Shown: positions 17,635-26,062, numbered from the stretch's first letter. The stretch: 52,757 nucleotides of DNA from an uncultured Nanoarchaeota archaeon (GCA_963779925.1 CAVZZS010000007.1:1-52757), one strand, 5' to 3'. Notes: generated from the letters alone by a model not told the origin. A program made the numbers and translations.

Positions 17635-18933
17635 ATGGATTTAGAAAAACTGGAGAAGGAAATCAGCCCAATTGAAGATATTTTTAAAAAGAATCTTAAG
17701 GAAGTTTCATGCGCCGGTTGGGTAAGTAATACAAGAGAACTCGGAAAGATAAAATTCCTCCTGCTTAGAGATATTACGGGGATCATTCAAGTTACCGCAG
17801 TAAAAGAAAAAACGGATAATAAAATTTTTAGTTTAATTGATAAGATCTCGAGGGAATCCGTTATTTATGTTAAAGGGACAGTCAAAGAATCAAAACAAGC
17901 ACCGGGAGGGAAGGAAATTATCCCGGAAAAAATTGAAGTTATTAATTCTGCAGAGAATCTTCCCATTGATATCTCCGATTTCTCAAAGACTGAACTTTCA
18001 AAGAGATTGGATTACAGATTTTTAGATTTTCATAGGAAAAGAATACAGGCAATTTTTAGAATACAAAATGTTATTGCTAATTCATTCAGAGAGCATTTCT
18101 ATAATAAAGGATTTTTGGAAATGCAACCTCCTTGTGTAATCAGTGCGGCAAGTGAAGGCGGGACTGAATTATTCCCTGTCCAATATTTTGAAAAGAAAGC
18201 ATATCTTGCACAATCTCCCCAATTGTATAAGCAAATGATTGCATGTTCAATGGAAAAAACTTTCATGATAACTCCCGTATGGAGAGCTGAAAAACATAAT
18301 ACTCCGCGTCATATAAATGAAATAAGGCAAATGGATATTGAAGTTGCATTTAAAGATCAAATGGGCATTATGAAAGAACTTGAAGAAGTTGTCCAATTTG
18401 TCGTTAAGAAAGTTTTGGAAAAATGCAAAGAAGAATTAGAAACTCTCGATATTAAAGATTTGAAAGTTCCGAAGGGAGTTTATCTTAACTATGAAGATGC
18501 GATAAAGAAAGTTGGGGGAAAAATCGGGGAAGACTTTACTCCAGAAGAAGAAAGAAAACTTTGCAATATGTACAAAGGAGATGTAGTATTTACACATTCC
18601 TGGCCTTCGGCGATTAAGCCCTTTTATATCATGCCAAAAGATGAGAAAGCCGATTCCAAAATAAGTGAGGGCTTTGATGCTCTTTATTTGGGCGTTGAGA
18701 TTTCTAGCGGGGGGCAAAGAATACATTTACCAGAATTATTAACAAAAAGAATTAAAGCAAAAGGATTGAATCCAACCAATTTCAAAGATTACATTGATAG
18801 TTTCAGATATGGGGCTCCACCTCATGCAGGATGGAGTATCGGTCTGGAAAGATTAACCCAAATGATTTGTGGTTTGGATAATGTAAAGGAAGCAACCATG
18901 TTTCCAAGAGATAGGGACAGATTAACCCCTTAA
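17635..18933 (+). CDS. aspS: aspartyl-tRNA synthetase (archaeal type, presumably non-discriminating)
   Basis: N-terminal OB domain. Class II motifs FREHFYNKGFLEMQPP, VWRAEKHNTPRHINE and GAPPHAGWSIGLERL. Archaeal C-terminus FPRDRDRLTP. Confidence 0.93.
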   Translation: MDLEKLEKEISPIEDIFKKNLKEVSCAGWVSNTRELGKIKFLLLRDITGIIQVTAVKEKTDNKIFSLIDKISRESVIYVKGTVKESKQAPGGKEIIPEKIEVINSAENLPIDISDFSKTELSKRLDYRFLDFHRKRIQAIFRIQNVIANSFREHFYNKGFLEMQPPCVISAASEGGTELFPVQYFEKKAYLAQSPQLYKQMIACSMEKTFMITPVWRAEKHNTPRHINEIRQMDIEVAFKDQMGIMKELEEVVQFVVKKVLEKCKEELETLDIKDLKVPKGVYLNYEDAIKKVGGKIGEDFTPEEERKLCNMYKGDVVFTHSWPSAIKPFYIMPKDEKADSKISEGFDALYLGVEISSGGQRIHLPELLTKRIKAKGLNPTNFKDYIDSFRYGAPPHAGWSIGLERLTQMICGLDNVKEATMFPRDRDRLTP

Positions 18934-19000
18934 TTATTATAAAAAAATTTAAAAAGGTTAATAATTAGTAGCATTAATCCTTAAAGGAGGAGGAGTTGCA

Positions 19001-19138
19001 ATGAAAAATAACAAAAAACTTGAAGAAGATGAAGATCAAGACAAGACTGATGACGAAGTAACTGAAGATGAAGAAGATATGGAAGATGAAGAAGAGGAAG
19101 ACAGTTCTTCAGATGAAAGCGACGATTACGGTTACTAG
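19001..19138 (+). CDS. hyper-acidic 45-aa peptide (below ORF-track cutoff)
   Basis: ATG preceded by ggaggaggag (18986-18995) at about 5-nt spacing. Translation is MKNNKKLEEDEDQDKTDDEVTEDEEDMEDEEEEDSSSDESDDYGY. T-rich tract follows the stop. Confidence 0.5.
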   Translation: MKNNKKLEEDEDQDKTDDEVTEDEEDMEDEEEEDSSSDESDDYGY

Positions 19139-19200
19139 GTCTTTTTTATTTTATTTTTTACTATAGTGGGGTTTTTCAATTTTTATTTATTATAATTAAT

Positions 19201-19208
19201 TTTAAATA
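19201..19208 (+). promoter_or_regulatory. TATA-like box (tttaaata) for the 19230 gene
   Basis: Ends 22 nt before the ATG at 19230. Confidence 0.45.
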
Positions 19209-19229
19209 GAACCTATTTTTTCTGAGATT

Positions 19230-19670
19230 ATGGCAGATATTGAAACAACATTAAAGCATTGGCATACTTTATCTGAAGAAGAAAAAAATGCAATTCGAGA
19301 CAAAAGAGATTATCCTATTTTATGCGTAATAGATGGCTTATCTCCAGATGAGAGAAAAAGAATTTATGATACAATTCAAATACACCCTACCAGTCTTCCC
19401 AGTTTCATGGTAAAACAAAAAGAATGGCTTTCTGATTTTGTTTATTATTTGGATGAGAATCTTAAAAGACGAAATTTGGCCCACAGTCCCGAGGTTATAA
19501 ATGACTTGGTTTTAGATGAGATAATTAATGGTTCAATGCATGAGAGATTCAGATTATATTGGGCAGCAAGGAATCGATCTGAGATTATGCCTTCTGATAG
19601 TCAAGAACTTACAGATTACTTGACCGAAGTTGACAAGGCAATTGAACTTTTAAGAGTTAAATCTGCTTAA
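19230..19670 (+). CDS. hypothetical protein (146 aa) embedded between aspS and gatC
   Basis: Intact ORF with its own promoter-like box. No recognisable motif. Confidence 0.55.
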   Translation: MADIETTLKHWHTLSEEEKNAIRDKRDYPILCVIDGLSPDERKRIYDTIQIHPTSLPSFMVKQKEWLSDFVYYLDENLKRRNLAHSPEVINDLVLDEIINGSMHERFRLYWAARNRSEIMPSDSQELTDYLTEVDKAIELLRVKSA

Positions 19671-19710
19671 TCTTAATTAATCTTATAAATATCAAATAAC
19701 TGATTTAATC

Positions 19711-19974
19711 ATGGAAGACTTTTTATTTCATAATATTTCTGAAGATGAAAAAGAACGTATAAGAAGAGATGCAAAAAAAATAATTGATTCCTTTTCTGAG
19801 AAAATTTCTAAAATAAAAGTACCTGATGAAGAACCTATTGTAAAAAGAAAAGAGTTTGAGAGAATTGAAGGAAATGGTGAAGAATGCGATAATGATTTCA
19901 AAAAAATCATGTTTGAAAATGCGCCAAATAAAAGTGGAGATTTTATTCTGGCAGAAAAGAAAAAATGGGAATAA
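19711..19974 (+). CDS. gatC: aspartyl/glutamyl-tRNA amidotransferase subunit C (probable)
   Basis: 87 aa, overlaps the gatA start by 10 nt. C-terminal ...FENAPNKSGDFILAEK resembles the GatC NAP...g.f.vP tail. Called mainly from position and size. Confidence 0.6.
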   Translation: MEDFLFHNISEDEKERIRRDAKKIIDSFSEKISKIKVPDEEPIVKRKEFERIEGNGEECDNDFKKIMFENAPNKSGDFILAEKKKWE

Positions 19975-21293
19975 CTACTATTGAAAAGCTCAGAAAATAT
20001 CTAGAAGAAATAAAGAAAAATGATCAGCAAGGCAAAAAAATCAACGCCTTTATTCATGTTAGAAATGAGAAAGAACTCTTAAAAGAAGCAGAAGAAGTTG
20101 ATAGAAAAATTAAATCTGGAAAGTCAGGAAAACTTGCAGGTAAAATCATCGCTGTAAAATCCTGCATTAATGTCAAAGGAGAAATTGTCTCTTGTGGATC
20201 AAAGACTCTTGAAGATTATCGCGCATCATATAATGCAACTGTTATTGAGAAAATCAGGAAAGAAGATGGTATTATAATCGGCATGACAAATATGGATGAA
20301 TTTGCATCTGGAAGTAGCGGTGAAACAAGTGCATTCGGACCTACCAAAAACCCAAGGAATTTAGAATTAATTCCCGGAGGTTCTTCTAGCGGTAGTGCTG
20401 TTTCTGTAGCAGCTGGTTTTTGTGATATGGCTCTTGGAACAGATACTGGTGGTAGCATAAGGAATCCTGCTTCACATTGTGGTATTGTTGGAATAAAGCC
20501 CACTTATTCTTCTGTCTCAAGATACGGTTTGATTGATTTGTCTATGAGTTTAGATCAAATTGGAACTCTTGCGAATAATGTTGAAGATGCTGGATTATTA
20601 TTAAGCATTATAAAGGGAAAAGATGAAAAAGATTCAATCTCACAACATTCTGAAGAAATAAATCTTAATGAGATTCAAAAAATACCAAAAAATTTTACTA
20701 TAGGAATATTAAACTTTGAGATTCAAAATAAAGAAATACAGAATATAATAAAAAAAAGAATAGATGAAATTGCAAAAAAATATAATCTAAAAATTGAAAA
20801 TATCAAAATTAAAAATATTGATTTGGCTATTGAAACATATTACCCTCTTGTCTATGTTGAATTCTTTTCTGGTACGAGAAAGTTTGATGGCAGAAGATAT
20901 GGAAAAAGAATTGAGAATGCGGCCGGAGAAGAAGTTCTCAGAAGGATATTGGGTGGAAGTGAAATTTCTAGAGCAGAGTATGGAGGACGATATTATCACC
21001 AGGCATTAAAAATAAAGAATCTTATAGAGAAAGATTTTTCAGAGATATTCAAAAAAGTCGATTGTATAATTTCTGCAACTGTTCCAAAATTGCCTCATAA
21101 AATTGGCACTAAAATTTCAGTAAAAGAAATGTATGAATATGACGCTTTAACTGCCCCTTCAAATCTTGCGGGAAACTGTTCAATTAGTATTCCTGTTGGA
21201 GAAATTGGCGGAATTCCTATCGGAATGCAGATAATGTGCGATAAATTCCAAGAACAAAAAATGTTACAAATTGCAAGAGCATTTGAGAAATAA
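19965..21293 (+). CDS. gatA: glutamyl-tRNA(Gln)/aspartyl-tRNA(Asn) amidotransferase subunit A
   Basis: Amidase signature GGSSSGSAVSVAAG and GTDTGGSIRNPAS. Confidence 0.92.
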   Translation: MGITTIEKLRKYLEEIKKNDQQGKKINAFIHVRNEKELLKEAEEVDRKIKSGKSGKLAGKIIAVKSCINVKGEIVSCGSKTLEDYRASYNATVIEKIRKEDGIIIGMTNMDEFASGSSGETSAFGPTKNPRNLELIPGGSSSGSAVSVAAGFCDMALGTDTGGSIRNPASHCGIVGIKPTYSSVSRYGLIDLSMSLDQIGTLANNVEDAGLLLSIIKGKDEKDSISQHSEEINLNEIQKIPKNFTIGILNFEIQNKEIQNIIKKRIDEIAKKYNLKIENIKIKNIDLAIETYYPLVYVEFFSGTRKFDGRRYGKRIENAAGEEVLRRILGGSEISRAEYGGRYYHQALKIKNLIEKDFSEIFKKVDCIISATVPKLPHKIGTKISVKEMYEYDALTAPSNLAGNCSISIPVGEIGGIPIGMQIMCDKFQEQKMLQIARAFEK

Positions 21294-21333
21294 TAACTAT
21301 TCTGAAAAAGATAATAATCTTTAAAAATGAATA

Positions 21334-22026
21334 TTGGTTTTTTCGAAGATGAAAATTGGCAAGGTGATTCTCGAATGGCTTGGACATGCTAGCTTTATGA
21401 TTAAGACTTCTGAAAATAAATTAATCTATATAGACCCTTATTCGCTAAATTCTGAAAAATTAGAAAAAGCAGATTTAATTTTGATAACACATAGTCACCC
21501 AGATCATTGCAGCACTGCTGACTTAAATAAGATAATCAAACCAAACTCTAGAATTGTCGTGACTGCAGATTGCCAAAGTAAGATTGTAAGGACCAACATT
21601 CCTATAAAAATAGAAATTATTGAACCTGGGCATGAATTTGATTTTGGTAATATAAGAATCTCCGCAATTCCCGCCTATAACATTGATAAATCTTTTCATC
21701 CAAAAGATGAAGCTTGGGTCGGATATGTAATAAAAGTCGATGATGTTGTAATTTATCATGCAGGAGACACCGATGTTATTCCCGAGATGCAAAAACTTAC
21801 CGGGCACAAAAAACAAGGAACAGAATTTGTTGCACTTATTCCTGTTGGTGGGAAATACACTATGAATCCAGAAGAAGCGCTTGAAGCCGTTAAAATAATA
21901 AAGCCTAATCTTGCAATTCCTATGCATTATGGTGGTTTAATAGGCTCAAAAAATGATGCTGAAGAGTTTGTAAGACTTTGTGAAGAAGAGGGAATAAACG
22001 CAAAAATTATTGAACCTTTTATTTAA
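21334..22026 (+). CDS. metallo-beta-lactamase-fold hydrolase (UPF0173-like)
   Basis: LEWLGHASFMI, ILITHSHPDH (HxHxDH) and a late HYG motif. Confidence 0.8.
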   Translation: MVFSKMKIGKVILEWLGHASFMIKTSENKLIYIDPYSLNSEKLEKADLILITHSHPDHCSTADLNKIIKPNSRIVVTADCQSKIVRTNIPIKIEIIEPGHEFDFGNIRISAIPAYNIDKSFHPKDEAWVGYVIKVDDVVIYHAGDTDVIPEMQKLTGHKKQGTEFVALIPVGGKYTMNPEEALEAVKIIKPNLAIPMHYGGLIGSKNDAEEFVRLCEEEGINAKIIEPFI

Positions 22027-22062
22027 TTCTATCAAATTATCACAGAAGAATTTAAAAATAAT

Positions 22063-22138
22063 GAGTGCCTCATTTCTTTAATATTAATTCAAACATCAAG
22101 TAGATTGGATTAACATTAATTTGTGAGGCGCTCTTTTT
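22063..22138 (+). other. long imperfect hairpin plus T5 between the MBL gene and ftsZ
   Basis: gagtgcctca (22063-22072) pairs with tgaggcgctc (22124-22133): 9 WC pairs plus 1 GU. AT-rich inner arms also pair partly. ttttt follows immediately. Confidence 0.4.
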
Positions 22139-22219
22139 CTATAAATAGCTGGAAATGTGCGAAATATATAAACTTTTCGTAAATCCGGCAAAAATTATTG
22201 AAAGGAGGACAAAAAAGAA

Positions 22220-23302
22220 ATGGTCTTAGATTTTGCAAAAGAAGCAATAGAAAATGCATCGACTCACTCTATTAACTTTGATGAGTTAAAGGCTGGAAAG
22301 GCTAACATTAAGGTTATCGGGGTTGGCGGATGTGGTTGTAACGCAGTAACATGGCTTTTTAACAAAGGAATTAATGGAGCAACAGTTTATGGGGCAAATA
22401 CTGATGCTTTACACCTAAGTGTTACAAAGGCTGATGAAAAAGTTCTTATTGGAAAGGAATTGACAAGAGGACTTGGTGCTGGTGGTATGCCACAAAAAGC
22501 AAGAGAAGCTGCAAAAGAAGCTATTGTTGATTTGAAGAAAGCTGTATCTGGAGCAGATATGGTGTTTATTCTTGCAGGAATGGGCGGCGGTACTGGAACA
22601 GGCGCTGCACCGGTTGTTGCGCAACTTGCTAAAGAAACAGGGGCTGTTGTTATTGGGGTTGTTACAATGCCTTTTGAATCTGAAAAAGCAAGAATTGACA
22701 AAGCCGAATTTGGATTGCAGGAACTTAGAGAAGTTACAGATACAACAATTGTTCTTGATAACAACAGACTTGTAGACATTGCAGGGCAACTTCCAATTGA
22801 AGCTGCTTTCGCAGTTGCTAATGAGCTTGTAAGTACAATGGTAAAGGGAATTGTTGAAACAATTACTCTTCCAAGCTTAATCAACCTTGACTATGCAGAT
22901 GTTTCTGCTATTATGAAAAATGGCGGCGTTGCAGTTATAGGAATTGGTGAAAGCGATTCTTCATCCCATAGAGTTACTGAAGCTGTTCAGCAAGCACTTA
23001 CGAACCCTCTACTTGATGTGGATTACAAGGGTGCTACCGGAGCATTAATTCACGTAACCTGCGGGCCTGATTTGAAATTGGAAGAATTCGATACCATTGG
23101 TAGAACTGTTTCAGAAAATCTGAATGCAGATGCAAACGTTATTATCGGAGCAAGAATCAACAAAGAATTCCAGGGAAAAGTCAGAGTTATTACTATTATG
23201 ACCGGCGTTAAGTCACCTTACGTACTCGGAAGAGATTCAGAAGAGACTTCAATGCCTGCTGTAAAAGAAATGTCTGATCTTGGAATAGAAATGTGGAGAT
23301 AA
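22220..23302 (+). CDS. ftsZ: cell division GTPase FtsZ
   Basis: GVGGCGCNAV and tubulin signature GMGGGTGTGAAPVVA. SD-like ggagg at 22204-22208. About 190-nt leader/intergenic region. Confidence 0.95.
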   Translation: MVLDFAKEAIENASTHSINFDELKAGKANIKVIGVGGCGCNAVTWLFNKGINGATVYGANTDALHLSVTKADEKVLIGKELTRGLGAGGMPQKAREAAKEAIVDLKKAVSGADMVFILAGMGGGTGTGAAPVVAQLAKETGAVVIGVVTMPFESEKARIDKAEFGLQELREVTDTTIVLDNNRLVDIAGQLPIEAAFAVANELVSTMVKGIVETITLPSLINLDYADVSAIMKNGGVAVIGIGESDSSSHRVTEAVQQALTNPLLDVDYKGATGALIHVTCGPDLKLEEFDTIGRTVSENLNADANVIIGARINKEFQGKVRVITIMTGVKSPYVLGRDSEETSMPAVKEMSDLGIEMWR

Positions 23303-23336
23303 ACTGAAATCGTTTAATCTAAATTTTTTTAACTCG

Positions 23337-23365
23337 ACTCCGGAGAAATCCGGAGTTTTTATTTT
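23337..23365 (+). terminator. stem-loop plus T-tract downstream of ftsZ
   Basis: actccgga-gaaa-tccggagt is a perfect 8-bp stem with a GAAA loop, followed by tttttatttt. Confidence 0.5.
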
Positions 23366-23410
23366 ATTCGAAGGATATTTAAACTATAATTTTTTATTTA
23401 ATGGAAAGAG

Positions 23411-23707
23411 ATGGTAGAAGAAGAACCGATAGAAGCAGTTAAAATTAAAAGAATTGGAGTTTTATCCCTTGCAGGAACTTTTGCAATTGCCAATATTATT
23501 TCTGGATTTTTAATATCAATTATTTTGATTTTACTTATGCCATTAATTTCATCTTCATTTATACTGCCATTTCAAATGACTTCATTAACTATCATTTTTG
23601 TTGTAACTTTAGGCTTTGGATTAATTACTTTCATTTCTTTTATTATCGCAGGTCTCTTTTATAATCTGGCTGCATTAATAACCAAGGGAATAAAACTTTA
23701 TTCTTAA
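23411..23707 (+). CDS. hypothetical membrane protein (98 aa, about 3 TM)
   Basis: Hydrophobic throughout. No motif. Confidence 0.5.
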   Translation: MVEEEPIEAVKIKRIGVLSLAGTFAIANIISGFLISIILILLMPLISSSFILPFQMTSLTIIFVVTLGFGLITFISFIIAGLFYNLAALITKGIKLYS

Positions 23708-23740
23708 ATTGCCAGTAGATTTCTAAAACTATTATCTTAA

Positions 23741-24292
23741 TTATTCGGGCTTTTCAGGAGTGTTCATCTTCTTCGTGCCGTGTGCATTGAAATAAAGAAT
23801 TGTATCAAGATTTATTCTATTCCTTTTGGCTGTTTTTCCAGATTCATACCCTATAGGAAATACTGCTTCAATTTCCATTTTTGCAGGAATTTTTAATTCT
23901 TTTTTTATCATCCCTTCATCAAAATGTCCAACCCAGCATGTTGAAAGGCCCTTATCTTCTATTGAAAGTAGAAAATTCTCAATTGCAGCGCCTGCTTGCT
24001 GTCTTGAGTATATTTTACCATTATTTTCAAAAAGAGCTATAAGGCGTGAAGGATCAGAATAAATAACAACAACATAATGAGCTTGCGCAATAAATGGTTG
24101 CTCTGCTGCATTTGCAATTTTTTGTATCTTACTTTTATCATTTATAAGAACTAATTTTATTGTGAAATTCTTTCCTGCTGAAGGAGCAAATCTTACAGAG
24201 TCTATACATTCAATAATATCCCTCCAATCTGGCTTTTTGTCTTTGAAATTTCTCACGCTCTTTCTGGACTTTATCGCTGCTTCTACATTCAT
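23741..24292 (-). CDS. nitroreductase-family protein
   Basis: AIKSRKSVRNF and RFAPSAGKNF N-terminal motifs. Typical size of 183 aa. Confidence 0.85.
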   Translation of the reverse strand: MNVEAAIKSRKSVRNFKDKKPDWRDIIECIDSVRFAPSAGKNFTIKLVLINDKSKIQKIANAAEQPFIAQAHYVVVIYSDPSRLIALFENNGKIYSRQQAGAAIENFLLSIEDKGLSTCWVGHFDEGMIKKELKIPAKMEIEAVFPIGYESGKTAKRNRINLDTILYFNAHGTKKMNTPEKPE

Positions 24293-24331
24293 ATTATTAA
24301 TAAAAAATTGAAGTTTATAATAATTACTAAT

Positions 24332-25432
24332 TTAGAAATTTATTACTCCTCCTCCAAGAACTTCTTTTCCTTTATAGAGCACTATTGCTTGCCCTTCTGA
24401 AACCCCCGTAATTGATTTATTCAAAATAACTTCAAATCTTTTCTTGTTTTTGTTATAAAATAATTTGGATGGAATTAATTCTCCTACTTGACGGATTCTT
24501 GAATAAACCTTCATTTCCTTTTTTTTAATTGAGTTTATCCAATGTGGATCAGAAATAATGATATCTTTCCTATAAAGGATAGGATGGCCTTCTGGTGCTG
24601 CAATAATTATATTCCTCTTTGCATCTTTTTTTGCGACATACCATCTTTTTACTTGCTCATTTTCTTTATCTCTTTGGACATCAAAACCATATCTTGGACC
24701 GAGTCTTTGGCCGATTGTATAATAATAAATCCCATCATGTTCTCCGATAATTTTCCCATTCGGGTCAAGGATTTTTCCATTTTTGGCTTTCAATTTCTTT
24801 TGCAAGAAATCTTTTAGATTTATTTTCCCAATGAAACAAATTCCCACTGTTGATTTCTTATTGAAATTCGGAAAACCTGCTTTTTTTGCAATTTCTCTTA
24901 CTTCTTTTTTTGTATAATCTCCGATTGGAAAAAGAGAATGCCTTAATTCATCTTGGGTTAATCTGTATAAAAAATAAGACTGGTCTTTTGACTCATCTTT
25001 AGCTCTCAGCAATTTGTAACTTCCTCTTGCTTTTTTAATCCGAGAATAATGTCCGGTTACTATAAAATCAGCCCTCCTCTTTTTGGCTTCTTCTATCAAT
25101 TTTGGGAATTTTATCTTCTGATTGCAATCCACATCCGGATTTGGAGTTATCCCCATTTTATACTTTTTGAACATTTCATCAACAACATCTTTTTTGTATT
25201 CTTTTTCATAATCTAATGTTATTAACTGAATATCTAATGCAGAAGCGATTTGTGCTGCTATTCTTCTTTCTTCTCTCCAACTACATTCTCCAAGCTCATT
25301 TTTTGTATCACTCCAGTTTTTCATAAAAGCTCCAATTACTTCGTAGCCTTTATTTTTCATCATGAGTGCAGCTACACTAGAGTCTACTCCCCCAGACATT
25401 GCAACAAGGACTTTTAGTTTTTTCATATTCAT
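24332..25432 (-). CDS. mnmA: tRNA 2-thiouridine(34) synthase, bacterial MnmA type
   Basis: PP-loop VLVAMSGGVDSSVAA, CFIGK and C-terminal GQAIVLYKG..VLGGGVI. Start trimmed to Met28 (25432; Met30 at 25426 also possible) because the longer ORF runs into the tRNA-Asn gene. Confidence 0.88.
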   Translation of the reverse strand: MNMKKLKVLVAMSGGVDSSVAALMMKNKGYEVIGAFMKNWSDTKNELGECSWREERRIAAQIASALDIQLITLDYEKEYKKDVVDEMFKKYKMGITPNPDVDCNQKIKFPKLIEEAKKRRADFIVTGHYSRIKKARGSYKLLRAKDESKDQSYFLYRLTQDELRHSLFPIGDYTKKEVREIAKKAGFPNFNKKSTVGICFIGKINLKDFLQKKLKAKNGKILDPNGKIIGEHDGIYYYTIGQRLGPRYGFDVQRDKENEQVKRWYVAKKDAKRNIIIAAPEGHPILYRKDIIISDPHWINSIKKKEMKVYSRIRQVGELIPSKLFYNKNKKRFEVILNKSITGVSEGQAIVLYKGKEVLGGGVINF

Positions 25433-25455
25433 ATTATCTAAACAGAATTTAAAAA

Positions 25456-25528
25456 CGTCCCGGAGAGGACTCGGACCTCTGACCCCATGATTAACAGTCA
25501 TGTGCTCTACCAACTGAGCTACCGAGAC
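25456..25528 (-). tRNA. tRNA-Asn (anticodon GTT)
   Basis: Minus-strand cloverleaf. Acceptor GTCTCGG/CCGGGAC, D arm GCTC-AGTTGGTA-GAGC, anticodon stem CATGA/TCATG with loop CTGTTAA, T arm AGAGG-TCCGAGT-CCTCT. No CCA. Confidence 0.82.
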
Positions 25529-25564
25529 ATATTTTTAGGAATAAAGAAGGATATTTAAAAATGT

Positions 25565-26062
25565 TTATTTTAAGCCCAAATCAATAATTGGCTTGACTTG
25601 ATGCTTTTCTAGATACTTGTAAACATTTGCCTGTTTTGCGCCCCTTATCAGGTTTATGACTGCTTCCTGCGCGATTTTCATTCTTTCAGGATGTCCTATT
25701 ATTCCGACCTCATTATTATGGACTTCAAAGAAGCAATCGGTCAATTCTCCGAGCGTTTTCATTGTTTTTCCTTGTGTTCCAATAATTCTTGCCTTAATTA
25801 CAGCCATATCCTTTCTTTTCGTATAATCTTTTATGCTGAGAATATTAAATGAAAGTTCTTTTTCTTTGATCATCAATGCAATTTCTATTTTGAATCCGAA
25901 ATTCACGGCATTGATAACTTGCTCAGCTTCATACTCATCCAAGGGGTCTCCATCCAGATGAAACTCTTTTCCTCTATTTGAAATTTTTAAATGGAGTGCC
26001 TCTTCTAGTCTCGTTTTCTCTTTTACAAGATGTCCTACTTTTTCCGCTATTATTTTTTTCAT
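25565..26062 (-). CDS. KH-domain RNA-binding protein (archaeal Dim2/Pno1-like)
   Basis: Two KH-like modules (IIGTQGKTMKTLGELT). Sits in a typical archaeal neighbourhood with aIF-1A. Confidence 0.7.
   Translation of the reverse strand: MKKIIAEKVGHLVKEKTRLEEALHLKISNRGKEFHLDGDPLDEYEAEQVINAVNFGFKIEIALMIKEKELSFNILSIKDYTKRKDMAVIKARIIGTQGKTMKTLGELTDCFFEVHNNEVGIIGHPERMKIAQEAVINLIRGAKQANVYKYLEKHQVKPIIDLGLK

Noticed and set aside
21523-21927. 134-aa minus-strand ORF inside the MBL-fold gene. Similar antisense ORFs occur at 8970-9353, 29984-30319, 36735-37046, 42975-43364, 46463-46786 and 47190-47567
   Set aside because: All are antisense to motif-supported genes, with F/I/L/S-rich low-complexity translations. 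These long antisense ORFs are expected in AT-rich genomes.
22387-22884. 165-aa and 124-aa minus-strand ORFs, and a 67-aa plus-strand ORF, overlapping ftsZ
   Set aside because: They are an artefact of the Gly/Ala-rich FtsZ frame. The translations are low-complexity (Ser/Ala/Pro/Cys-rich) and ftsZ motifs are unambiguous.
25433-25513. N-terminal 27-aa extension of the mnmA ORF
   Set aside because: It overlaps the tRNA-Asn gene (25456-25528) on the same strand. The PP-loop domain begins right after Met28/Met30.
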